Part shown: piece by piece, positions 25,577 to 33,832 of the stretch
How positions within the stretch are numbered: position 1 is the stretch's first letter
How the letters are laid out: each line of letters begins with the position of its first letter
From: a virus
Taxonomy: Duplodnaviria; Caudoviricetes
Reading direction: 5' to 3' (one strand)
Virus record (IMG/VR): IMGVR_UViG_3300022670_000151
Location: 1 to 38,349 of that record
DNA length: 38,349 nucleotides
Position numbers and translations under genes: made by a program
Notes under the pieces: model-generated
What the model was told of the DNA's origin: nothing
Seen by the model: only the letters and a program-made list of their open reading frames with translations
Database searches by the model: none

Positions 25577-27775
25577 TTAAGTTCCTCGTTGCCCGTCGAT
25601 AATCATACCAGCTTGGTTAGCGTGTGCGCCAAGCCCTGCGGGAGTTACAACCTCAACCCTAGCCCCCAACCCTTCACGTATTTTTTTGAAGGTATCGGCA
25701 GTAATATTTTGGTTTTTAATCTCGTCATTTGTTAATTCACGATTAAGATTTGCGAAATCCATTGTTTCTTTGTGCGCTTGTTCGGCAGCATCAAGACCTA
25801 ATTTAAACTCTTTTTCACGGGCCGTTAATGCTTGCTCTTGACCTTGTAAATCAAGTTTATTCTGGGCCTGTTGAAGTTGGGCAATCTTAACTTGAAGTTC
25901 ATTATCAGCTTTTTGTGTGTTGAGTTGGATTTGTTTTAACCCATTTTCAGCCTTCATGATTTCGGCTTGACCCAACAATTCGTCGCCGGTTGGCTCCTTC
26001 GGTTGGGCTTCGGCTTCGGCTAATTGTTGTTGTTCTTCGGGTGTCAATTGATCTTGCGGAATCAGACCTTGATTAAGAAGTTGTTGTCTTGCACGGTCCG
26101 CGATCTTATCGGTGCCGGGGCTAGAAACATTTTTAAGAAGCACGTCTAAACCAAGGGAAGCTGTCTCGGGTGCTATTTGTGCAAGTTCCGTAATAGCGGC
26201 CACGGTTTCGGATTGGCGACTATCGAAGGACGGTCCAGCTTTACAAGTCACGTCATACTTGCCGTCGCTTAAATCGTTCAACGTAACTTCTTCGCCTGTC
26301 TCTTCGTCTAACACAACTTCCTTAATCGTTTCCATTTTGAAGGTGCCGTCTTCGTTCATGATACGAACCTGACGATTAGTGTCATAAACAATCGGGATAG
26401 CATCAACGATTAGCTTCGCGGTGTAACAGATAGAAATTTCTAAGGACGTAAAATATTTACTTGTTATGTTGTTGCCTTTTGATTGAAGTTTTTCGATTGC
26501 AACACCAGACTGCGCGTTCGGATTATCGCCCATGCCAGCCTCGAAGATACCCGAAATCCCCGACATAATGTTTTGCATACCGTCGCTGATAATACGAAGG
26601 CCGGGATTGATAGCGGCCCCGCCGATAACGAATGGTGGGGGAACCGCTTCTTCTGGGTCGTGGTTGTAATATTGCACGGCGTCCATGTTGGTATTTAGTG
26701 TTGCCAATGTGTCCTCATGTCCAGCCGCTTGAATTTCAGTCATAAAGATTTTAGACCGTGGGGCTAACGCGCCTTCTTCGATTTCACGTGACAATGAATA
26801 GTTTAAGATACGTTGCGGGTCTTTTAATTTACGTACCGCGCCTTGGTATTGTATCTGGCCCTCGATCACCTTGAAGTTACCATAACAAACCACAAGGGGA
26901 ATATTACTAAACGGAGTTTCTTCTTCTTCACCAAGCCACTTCCCGCCGTCGTATTTACGCATCATGAACCGACTGTCCATTATATCCCGACGCTTTTCGA
27001 TTGGGTCGCCCATCCTAGCTAAATCGTCTTCAACCTTCTTCAAATCATCATCGGCGATAAACACACGCCCGAACTTAGTTTGAACTAAAGTTCTTTTTGT
27101 AAGCTTGCGATAATACAAGTGTCCGATTGTTATCGTGTCATCGTCCCTACAAATATCGCTGGTGGTTGTGTCCCCATTAGAAACACTTAGGCCGCTTCCG
27201 TCTGGGAAGGTTTCGTTATATTCGTTCGTTGGTAGTTGGGACAATAGATGGCCCCAATCTGAATCAGCCTTATCTTGGCGTTGTGCCCCGGTATCAAACC
27301 ATACACGCCTATCGAAGTTATGAATGGCTTTGACAAGGATATCTTGTTCGAAGCTCATGTCGTCCACTTCTTCGGCTACCAACATCCAGCCGTCAATACC
27401 AGCCGTCGCTACATTGCGCCCTGCTTGTGAATAGATTGTTGAAGCGTTTGAAATGGTTTCGATATTACGAACTAGACCGTCAATGAACTGCGCCTTTTCC
27501 TTTGTCGCTTCGCCGCCCGTTGGTTTGATATTGATATCGAAGTCAGCCTTTTCAATTGCCCCAGCTATTTGGTCAATGATTGGACTTGTCATGTCGAACG
27601 TGTACTTCGGCTTTTCGTTATCGTCGGCAATAGCAGAGACGTGGTCCTCCCATTGGCCATCTTCTAACGTGACGAATAGGTGATCTTCTTTGGCTAGGTC
27701 CCGATTTTCTTTATCGGCGTCTTGTGCTTGTTCAAGTAATTTTAGGGCGGTCTTGTGTTCGCTAAAGTCAGGCAT
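25577..27775 (-). CDS. Portal protein (P22-like, with C-terminal coiled-coil barrel)
   Basis: GQW, G.VR.LKDPQR..NY..S, SGVAI..LQ..G, GKYDV....GPSF.SR; Q-rich helical tail; start coupled to TerL stop. Confidence 0.93.
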   Translation of the reverse strand: MPDFSEHKTALKLLEQAQDADKENRDLAKEDHLFVTLEDGQWEDHVSAIADDNEKPKYTFDMTSPIIDQIAGAIEKADFDINIKPTGGEATKEKAQFIDGLVRNIETISNASTIYSQAGRNVATAGIDGWMLVAEEVDDMSFEQDILVKAIHNFDRRVWFDTGAQRQDKADSDWGHLLSQLPTNEYNETFPDGSGLSVSNGDTTTSDICRDDDTITIGHLYYRKLTKRTLVQTKFGRVFIADDDLKKVEDDLARMGDPIEKRRDIMDSRFMMRKYDGGKWLGEEEETPFSNIPLVVCYGNFKVIEGQIQYQGAVRKLKDPQRILNYSLSREIEEGALAPRSKIFMTEIQAAGHEDTLATLNTNMDAVQYYNHDPEEAVPPPFVIGGAAINPGLRIISDGMQNIMSGISGIFEAGMGDNPNAQSGVAIEKLQSKGNNITSKYFTSLEISICYTAKLIVDAIPIVYDTNRQVRIMNEDGTFKMETIKEVVLDEETGEEVTLNDLSDGKYDVTCKAGPSFDSRQSETVAAITELAQIAPETASLGLDVLLKNVSSPGTDKIADRARQQLLNQGLIPQDQLTPEEQQQLAEAEAQPKEPTGDELLGQAEIMKAENGLKQIQLNTQKADNELQVKIAQLQQAQNKLDLQGQEQALTAREKEFKLGLDAAEQAHKETMDFANLNRELTNDEIKNQNITADTFKKIREGLGARVEVVTPAGLGAHANQAGMIIDGQRGT

Positions 27776-29241
27776 TATTTTTTCCATCCACGTGATTGAA
27801 GCTTCTTAGCTTTTTTCTTTTGTATCGGTGGTGCGAACAATGACATCATGACTGAGTCGCTTTCGTTGGGACTATCAATCCCTAGCTTCTTCATGTCGAC
27901 CTTTGACATTATTTGTTCTAACCCTTGACCGTTGGGCTTACGTGGAATCCGGCAAATCTGAGACCGTAGCCCTGTAATATCATCAATTCCCGCACAATTC
28001 AAACTTATCATTTCGTCGGGGTCAATGTACTTCCCTTGTTCGAGGGCCTTATATGCGTTTTCAAATCGGTCCGCTAAGTTGATATAGAACTGCGCGCGAT
28101 TGTTTTTAAATACTTCTTTGTACTTGCGTGGCTTGTCCCGTGATTGGTCTTCGTCTTCGATTGCCATGTATGGAAGTTCGGCGTTGTCTTGTCCGCTACC
28201 CGATAGGCTACCCTTGAACATATGGAACTTGGTTGGCTTACCTTCGAAGGCCGTTGATACTTGACGACGTAACCCCGCGCCCATCCCGTCACCGTCCCAC
28301 ACGAACCAGTCAGCCTTGTCATTGATTGCGTGGTCAGTTGCCCAATCACACACCTCGTCGATTAGTCCGCTTCGTTTGCTATCAACCCTTGTGATTATGT
28401 TTCCATGTCGGCAGGCATAACCCCCGGCGTCGTCGCCATCATCGAACGGGTCATGTGCGGCTATGATTGCCCCATGTGGAACGAAGGCTTCTTTAAACTT
28501 GGGGTTAAGGTGAAGGTCTTTGGCTGCGTCAAACCATTCGGGAAGTATGATTGAATTCTCGACGCTATCATTGAACGCACCTTCCCATATGTGGTCATAC
28601 TTGGCTCGGGTCATGGTTGCCTTATCGTGAAGTCGAAGGGCGTTTTGTGTTTCGTTCCACCACGGATTATCACGCCAGTTCAACTTGATAATCATGTGCA
28701 TGTCGTCTTCATAGAACCCGTCGCGTTCAAGTTCTTTGTGAAAGGGCATGATAAACTTCTGACTAAAGGGGTCGCCGCTTGATTGTGGGTTAGCGGTGAA
28801 CCAACACTCCGCACCGGGTATGCGTAGGATAGTTGGAAGCAACGTATCAAGTGACAATTGGCTGGCCCTTTGTGCTTCTTCGTACCATCCGTATTTAAAA
28901 TTATGTAATGATTGAAGGCCCGTCGCGTTACGTGCTGCCCCTATATACTTTGTTCGTGCCCCGTTGGGTGCAATGATTTGACGTTCTTGTATGTTCCAAT
29001 TGCTTAGACATAAACGTTCGGTCACGCTTTCCTTAAGAACACTATGCACGGAGTCATCAATGGACGCTTGGAATTCACGAAGGCACATGATGTTTGCGGC
29101 TTCACTTGCCATCTTCAAGGCCATGATATCACTAACACCGATTGACTTACCCGAACCACGACCACCATATATAATTTTGAAGGGCTTATGCACGGTCATG
29201 AACCGCTTAAGTTTGCTATTGATACGAAGATTTACAGCCAT
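27775..29241 (-). CDS. terL: Terminase large subunit (PBSX/Sf6 type)
   Basis: Walker A GGRGSGKS, CLREFQ.SI.DSV, WYEEAQ, NP, HIWEG, nuclease HDP...SPN..D; start at 29241. Confidence 0.95.
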   Translation of the reverse strand: MAVNLRINSKLKRFMTVHKPFKIIYGGRGSGKSIGVSDIMALKMASEAANIMCLREFQASIDDSVHSVLKESVTERLCLSNWNIQERQIIAPNGARTKYIGAARNATGLQSLHNFKYGWYEEAQRASQLSLDTLLPTILRIPGAECWFTANPQSSGDPFSQKFIMPFHKELERDGFYEDDMHMIIKLNWRDNPWWNETQNALRLHDKATMTRAKYDHIWEGAFNDSVENSIILPEWFDAAKDLHLNPKFKEAFVPHGAIIAAHDPFDDGDDAGGYACRHGNIITRVDSKRSGLIDEVCDWATDHAINDKADWFVWDGDGMGAGLRRQVSTAFEGKPTKFHMFKGSLSGSGQDNAELPYMAIEDEDQSRDKPRKYKEVFKNNRAQFYINLADRFENAYKALEQGKYIDPDEMISLNCAGIDDITGLRSQICRIPRKPNGQGLEQIMSKVDMKKLGIDSPNESDSVMMSLFAPPIQKKKAKKLQSRGWKK

Positions 29242-29251
29242 GTTTAGTCCT

Positions 29252-29578
29252 TTAAAGCATGAAGACCCATAGGACTTTACAAGCAACGTGCAAGGCTTGG
29301 TCAACGTGTATATTGAATTTGTTCTGACACTTGCCGTGGTCAATTAGTGCGTGACATATCGTTTCGGCAACACCAAGGGCAACGGAACCCGTGACCAAAG
29401 CAACAGCCCCACCATGTATCAATGAATGTGACACAAGGGCATGAACCCAGAACCCTTCGCCCATAAACTTAACGATGTCTTTATCATTTGAATTCTTTGC
29501 TTTTGCTAGAAAGTCGCCTTGTAATGGATAATCACATAAAGCGTGTGCTGATAGTAATATAAACAACATTTCAATCAT
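29252..29578 (-). CDS. DUF3307-like membrane protein between terS and terL
   Basis: H.L.DYPLQ..F.A..K, H..IHG, H..ID..K, DQALH motifs; AAAGGA RBS before 29578. Confidence 0.75.
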   Translation of the reverse strand: MIEMLFILLSAHALCDYPLQGDFLAKAKNSNDKDIVKFMGEGFWVHALVSHSLIHGGAVALVTGSVALGVAETICHALIDHGKCQNKFNIHVDQALHVACKVLWVFML

Positions 29579-29651
29579 GTTACGTCCTTTTTCTATTCTA
29601 AAGTGTTTTACCCCCCTATTTGAAGGCATTTTTAGATCCAAGTTACAACCA

Positions 29652-30077
29652 TTAGTCTTCTTGTTTGGGCGCGTCGACAAAGTTCACGTTGACATTAGCT
29701 TCAACTGGTCCCGTCCCGTCTGGTCCCGTTAGTTGCGTCTTGTCACCCCACTTCTTCGGGTCCCACTTGGCAAGCAAACGAAGCCTTGTGTCTATTCTTA
29801 TGCGTTTGTCCGCCGGGTCCATCTCGTCGTCGTCCGCTATCACTAAGCATTGGTCACCAATGGCTGCGCGTCCCGCCTCGCGTGCGTGGGCGGAAAGTTC
29901 GACGAAGTCGTCCAAATCCCTTGACCATCCATATACCGTTGAATAGTTAAGCTTTAAATCTTCGCACGCTTGTTTAAGACTAACGCCTTCGCCTAACTTG
30001 TCGCAAAGCTTGACGCCTATAGCTTTCGTATACTTACAAGCCTTATGATTTTGATTTGTTTTTTTACCACTTGCCAT
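29652..30077 (-). CDS. terS: Terminase small subunit (Sf6 gp1-like)
   Basis: Y......LC..L.EG.SL...C HTH; AREAG; RIRIDTR..LLAKWDPKKWGDK. Confidence 0.9.
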   Translation of the reverse strand: MASGKKTNQNHKACKYTKAIGVKLCDKLGEGVSLKQACEDLKLNYSTVYGWSRDLDDFVELSAHAREAGRAAIGDQCLVIADDDEMDPADKRIRIDTRLRLLAKWDPKKWGDKTQLTGPDGTGPVEANVNVNFVDAPKQED

Positions 30078-30078
30078 A

Positions 30079-30303
30079 TTAATTCCCCGCTAACGCTGGT
30101 GTGAAGGCTAGGCTCATGATTTTATATGGTATCGCTTTAACTTTCTTACACTTCACCGCTAAAGCGTTAAGGTTATCACACACAACGTCACGACAAACGT
30201 CGGCTATGATTACTTCGCCAACTATCTTCCTAAGCTTATCGCCATCGGTTGTTTTTTCTTGCATCCATATTTTAATTTGTAATTTGTGGGGGTTGGTCTT
30301 CAT
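30079..30303 (-). CDS. Hypothetical protein, first gene of late operon
   Basis: AAAGGTG RBS before ATG 30303. Confidence 0.6.
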   Translation of the reverse strand: MKTNPHKLQIKIWMQEKTTDGDKLRKIVGEVIIADVCRDVVCDNLNALAVKCKKVKAIPYKIMSLAFTPALAGN

Positions 30304-30337
30304 GATATCACCTTTCATAAGTGGCTGTTTCATGGGA

Positions 30338-30365
30338 ATAATACGCTTTTCTTTAATTATTTCAA
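30338..30365 (-). promoter_or_regulatory. Sigma70-like promoter for the late/packaging operon
   Basis: TTGAAA (30365-30360)-N16-TATTAT (30343-30338). Confidence 0.55.
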
Positions 30366-30384
30366 TTTATTTTCATTTCACCCC

Positions 30385-30415
30385 TTGACCAATGGGACAT
30401 TGTGTCCTATATATT
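30385..30415 (+). promoter_or_regulatory. Promoter of accessory cassette with palindromic operator in the spacer
   Basis: TTGACC 30385-30390; TATATATT 30408-30415; GGACA-ttg-TGTCC 30395-30407. Confidence 0.6.
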
Positions 30416-30463
30416 GATTATCAAAACGGGCCCACGGCCCACCAAACAAAGGGAAAAAGTCAA

Positions 30464-30667
30464 ATGGATATCACCCACAATAAATGCAACATAAAACACA
30501 CCCGCACACATTGGGAAAGTATTTGGACCGTTACCGACCAACAAGGTAATACCACCAAATATAAAAATCTAAGAAGCAAGGGCACGTTTGGTCATGGCAT
30601 TAAAGCATACGCCCACATGGACACAATAGCCCCCGGATGGAGAGAATTAGACTTTTCACCAGCTTAA
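30464..30667 (+). CDS. Hypothetical protein (cassette gene 1)
   Basis: AAGGGA RBS before ATG 30464. Confidence 0.65.
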   Translation: MDITHNKCNIKHTRTHWESIWTVTDQQGNTTKYKNLRSKGTFGHGIKAYAHMDTIAPGWRELDFSPA

Positions 30668-30716
30668 CCCCACTAATACTTTAAAGGGCCCACGGTCCAC
30701 GATTTAAGGAAATACA

Positions 30717-30902
30717 ATGATTTACATGAACAAACATTTTAAAAAGCGTGACTATGAAGCGACCAACATCGTCGCGTGTGAAACGTTGGGTAAAGAACTT
30801 CCCGACATGGAGAACTATAGACTCGCTTTAGCGGGTATGGTTTTATCCCACCTTTCACCGCTTTTTATTGAAAATAATATCCGTTACTACGGTTTTTTAT
30901 AG
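30717..30902 (+). CDS. Hypothetical protein
   Basis: AAGGA RBS. Confidence 0.65.
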   Translation: MIYMNKHFKKRDYEATNIVACETLGKELPDMENYRLALAGMVLSHLSPLFIENNIRYYGFL

Positions 30903-30912
30903 GGGAAGTCCA

Positions 30913-31206
30913 ATGACCAAACGCAATCATAAAATAGAACGGGCTTGTAAGTGGTCTTGCCACACACCGAACCTTTTAAATGAAGCTTTAACCAATAAAG
31001 GAATGTATGCACTTGAAAAACCTTTCCAAATCTTCGCCAGAATATTGGGTGAGGTAGCGGAGAGGGCTATAAAATTAGATGACCCAGAATTAAATATCTT
31101 AATGCTGCGCTTAACCTTATATGACATCGCCGACATGGATAAACATGATTCAAAAAAACGCGATGACGCTATGGAAAGCCAATACAAACGATTAGAAGGG
31201 AACTAA
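30913..31206 (+). CDS. Conserved phage protein (HTPNLL.E...EVAERA..L.DP.LN.LM.RL..Y domain, resembles lambdoid Ea-region proteins)
   Basis: AGGGG RBS; motif recognised from memory. Confidence 0.65.
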   Translation: MTKRNHKIERACKWSCHTPNLLNEALTNKGMYALEKPFQIFARILGEVAERAIKLDDPELNILMLRLTLYDIADMDKHDSKKRDDAMESQYKRLEGN

Positions 31207-31207
31207 C

Positions 31208-31477
31208 ATGACACTCGAAGAATATAGAAATAAAATGTCACAACTAGACACTGATTTTTCAATCGCTAATATGAATTCAAAAACTGATATTAGTGAATTT
31301 GTGAATCAGGTTCTTAGCACTCACGCCGTAGGCATAAAAAGAATATTAGGGCTTTTCCCTTTAGAGCTTAGGGTAGAGGCTCTTAAATCAATAACAGAAG
31401 ATGTTATCGAAGACACGAACAAAATTCACGGACAATTAGGGTCAATTGAAAAATCGACTTTCGGTTCGACACACTAA
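31208..31477 (+). CDS. Hypothetical protein
   Basis: Operon context; GAAGGGA RBS. Confidence 0.65.
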   Translation: MTLEEYRNKMSQLDTDFSIANMNSKTDISEFVNQVLSTHAVGIKRILGLFPLELRVEALKSITEDVIEDTNKIHGQLGSIEKSTFGSTH

Positions 31478-31514
31478 ACCACCCTATCAATTATTAATTT
31501 AATAAGGAAATGCA

Positions 31515-31778
31515 ATGAAATATATTTGCACAGTTAACGACGAAGAAGACGAAGAAATCTTTATTTTCCCTAAAGATGTAGACCATGACGCTATGATGGA
31601 AGTGGTAAACTATCTTAAAAACCAAACATGGGGAAATTGGCGGCGCGTCCGTAGACATGTTGTGTCGGCCGGCTTCGTTGATAAGGACCTAAATTGTTAC
31701 GGTGAAAGCGTTAGTTTAGATGTTAAAAGTCGCGGCGACGAAGACACGGAACTATTGAAGAAACAATTCGCCGCTTAA
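31515..31778 (+). CDS. Conserved small phage protein (MKY...IFP...H...VSAGF...CYGES.SL..KSR motif)
   Basis: AAGGA RBS; motif in translation. Confidence 0.75.
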   Translation: MKYICTVNDEEDEEIFIFPKDVDHDAMMEVVNYLKNQTWGNWRRVRRHVVSAGFVDKDLNCYGESVSLDVKSRGDEDTELLKKQFAA

Positions 31779-31842
31779 CACATAACCCTAAATAAAACTG
31801 GTGGACCTTTACCCCAAAGCTTCACCAGTCTAAGGAAATCAA

Positions 31843-32019
31843 ATGAAAATCGAAATTGAGGTAGGCAGTCAACAAATCGAAGCACTCGCAAGGGAAAGAC
31901 TAACTAAGGCGGGTCTAGACCATCAAAAGTTTAAAATGAAGTCCAACCTCCCACTACACGGAGGCGAACGTGGCGACGGAAATATAATGGCCGTTCGTTA
32001 TTACTTTGAAGATAAATAA
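31843..32019 (+). CDS. Hypothetical 58-aa protein (not in ORF track)
   Basis: TAAGGA RBS; MKIEIEVGSQQIEALARERL...RYYFEDK. Confidence 0.65.
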   Translation: MKIEIEVGSQQIEALARERLTKAGLDHQKFKMKSNLPLHGGERGDGNIMAVRYYFEDK

Positions 32020-32028
32020 GGAAAAACC

Positions 32029-32328
32029 ATGACCCAAAAAGAAAAAGATTTAAAAGCTTTCTGGTGTGGTGGTGCACAATTCTTTGTCTTGGACGGCACT
32101 AAACCAATAACAACATATACGGACGAAGAACTGACCACACCACAAACTCACCCACTTATAGCTGATTGTGAAGGTAATTTTCCAGCAGCGTTCGTTCCAG
32201 AGGGTGTTTATAGTCAGCTTTACCACACTAAAAACGGTCATCCTATTTGCGTAGGTGGCTATAAATATCACGGCCCCGGTGTGACCGACTTAAAACCACA
32301 CTTATTCTATGAAAAGGAAAAACCATGA
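32029..32328 (+). CDS. Stand-alone paralogue of the tail-fibre head-binding domain
   Basis: Manual alignment to N-terminus of 12786-13952: 14 identities in 43 columns, one gap. Confidence 0.65.
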   Translation: MTQKEKDLKAFWCGGAQFFVLDGTKPITTYTDEELTTPQTHPLIADCEGNFPAAFVPEGVYSQLYHTKNGHPICVGGYKYHGPGVTDLKPHLFYEKEKP

Positions 32329-32522
32329 CACCCGAAGAAGTAAAAGCCGCCCGTGAAGGGCTAGGACTAACCCAGCGCGGTCTTGAAACCTATCTAGGAT
32401 TAAAAGCTTGTGACGGTCGAACGGTGCGACGTTGGGAAGACCCTAATCACCCGACGAATATCACCGGGCCCTGTCAAAAGCTTATAAGGATTTTCCAGAA
32501 AAAAGGGTTAGACGTCATCTAA
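32325..32522 (+). CDS. XRE/HTH transcriptional regulator closing the cassette
   Basis: MTPEEVK.AR..LGLTQ..L...LGL....GRTVRRWE....I.GP. Confidence 0.85.
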   Translation: MTPEEVKAAREGLGLTQRGLETYLGLKACDGRTVRRWEDPNHPTNITGPCQKLIRIFQKKGLDVI

Positions 32523-32527
32523 AGTGT

Positions 32528-32541
32528 GGGGCTTCGGCCCC
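32528..32541. terminator. Hairpin between convergent operons
   Basis: GGGGC-TTCG-GCCCC between stop codons at 32522 (+) and 32543 (-). Confidence 0.75.
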
Positions 32542-32542
32542 G

Positions 32543-32902
32543 TTACTTGTTTGGAATGAACGTCACGACGACATTATTTTTCACAATGAATTTACCGTCG
32601 AACGCTTTAACCGTGCTATTTCCCCCCGCGAACTTAATCATTCCCCTAACTTCAGGCGTTAAAATCTTATTCCCAATTTCTTCAACGTTTAACCCGTGGT
32701 GACGCTCAAGGAAACGTATCATCACATGGTCCGAAACCGTTATGTCTTGCCCGTAGTGTGACAATTCTTCGTTTAGTTCACGCTGCTTTTGAAGGTTGGT
32801 TTCATGGGCACGATTGGCAACGCGCAAGCCATCCCTTGTCTTCTTGAAGTCGTCAGAAAGCCACTCGATATCTTTTTGTATTTCGTTTTTGCTTCTAGGC
32901 AT
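32543..32902 (-). CDS. Coiled-coil plus putative RelE/BECR-like domain protein
   Basis: VSDH..IRFLER...FIVKNNVVVT pattern; start overlaps kinase stop (TAATG). Confidence 0.55.
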   Translation of the reverse strand: MPRSKNEIQKDIEWLSDDFKKTRDGLRVANRAHETNLQKQRELNEELSHYGQDITVSDHVMIRFLERHHGLNVEEIGNKILTPEVRGMIKFAGGNSTVKAFDGKFIVKNNVVVTFIPNK

Positions 32903-33342
32903 TACCACCACTCCACTTTTTTAAGTCTTAAACTTGGGTCAAACATTGTGACGCCGTAATCATGGCACACTAATTTTCCATTCAATATCCCGAAATTATC
33001 TTTCTTTGTGTCCGTGTTAATAAAATGAGGCAGCTTGTCGGGAAGTTTTCTATATTCCGTAATAGGCTGCGTTCTTTTCATGATTAGAACCGCACCCGTC
33101 GCGGATATGTCCACACATGGGGCCAACCATTTACTATAATCGGGAGCGTGTTTTAATTCGTTCCACAAATCCCATTCAAGAATGTTTTGAAAGCTTTTCG
33201 CTCCACCTTCAAACTTAACGACTAACGTTTTATCGAACCGATGTTCGAAGACCCAACGTCCTGCGCCGTTGCCTAATTCTTTCCCTATAATCATATTTCT
33301 AAATTCACGGTTTAGAAAGTCGTTGTTTTGCATATCATCCAT
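32902..33342 (-). CDS. Minimal protein-kinase-fold protein
   Basis: LGNGAGR.VF (Gly loop), VVK, helix-C Glu (NILEW), DTKKDN catalytic loop, DYG; 146 aa. Confidence 0.8.
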   Translation of the reverse strand: MDDMQNNDFLNREFRNMIIGKELGNGAGRWVFEHRFDKTLVVKFEGGAKSFQNILEWDLWNELKHAPDYSKWLAPCVDISATGAVLIMKRTQPITEYRKLPDKLPHFINTDTKKDNFGILNGKLVCHDYGVTMFDPSLRLKKVEWW

Positions 33343-33351
33343 TTTCTTTCC

Positions 33352-33495
33352 TTAAATTTGACTTGCTATAATCAGAATGGCGGCAAACCATACGTTCATA
33401 CAGATATAAAAATAATTCTTTGTCCCGTCTTCCGCGCCAGCGGCTAAAAAGAAACTGATTAAAAGCATTAGTCCGCAAATTATTAAACTAAACAT
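33352..33495 (-). CDS. Small two-TM membrane protein (47 aa, not in ORF track)
   Basis: MFSLIICGLMLLISFFLAAG...YFYICMNVWFAAILIIASQI; fills gap upstream of kinase. Confidence 0.6.
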   Translation of the reverse strand: MFSLIICGLMLLISFFLAAGAEDGTKNYFYICMNVWFAAILIIASQI

Positions 33496-33832
33496 GAACT
33501 TTCCCTTTCATTAATTTTTCAAGCCAGACAACTTTTACACCGTCATGAAAAAACCTTTTAACGCCATATTTAATATCGTATCGTCCTTGTTTCCTACCCT
33601 CAGAATAGGCCCCGTTCCCACGTTGCCCCGTTCTAAACCCGCTTTGATAACCTTTGTTGTACTCGCTACCCCTTGCGCGCAGGCCGGGCTTCAACCCTAT
33701 CTTTCTTCGTTCTAATCTTTTTAAAAGCTTTTCCGCTTTCGGGATGTGATGTTCCCAAACAGCGCGACCGTCTGCACATTTCCAGTCAGGATTTGAACAC
33801 ATGGCACGACATACCATTTCAACGTCATTCAT
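33488..33832 (-). CDS. Hypothetical protein
   Basis: GGAGGAG RBS; Y..G repeats; ATGA-coupled. Confidence 0.7.
   Translation of the reverse strand: MNDVEMVCRAMCSNPDWKCADGRAVWEHHIPKAEKLLKRLERRKIGLKPGLRARGSEYNKGYQSGFRTGQRGNGAYSEGRKQGRYDIKYGVKRFFHDGVKVVWLEKLMKGKVHV

Noticed and set aside
29242-29343. Extended terL N-terminus given by the ORF track
   Set aside because: It overlaps the DUF3307-like gene; ATG 29241 has an AAAGGA RBS and gives a typical distance to Walker A
29706-29730. Short GGTCCCGT repeats in terS as a pac site
   Set aside because: Explained by the encoded TGPDGTGP peptide; no independent evidence
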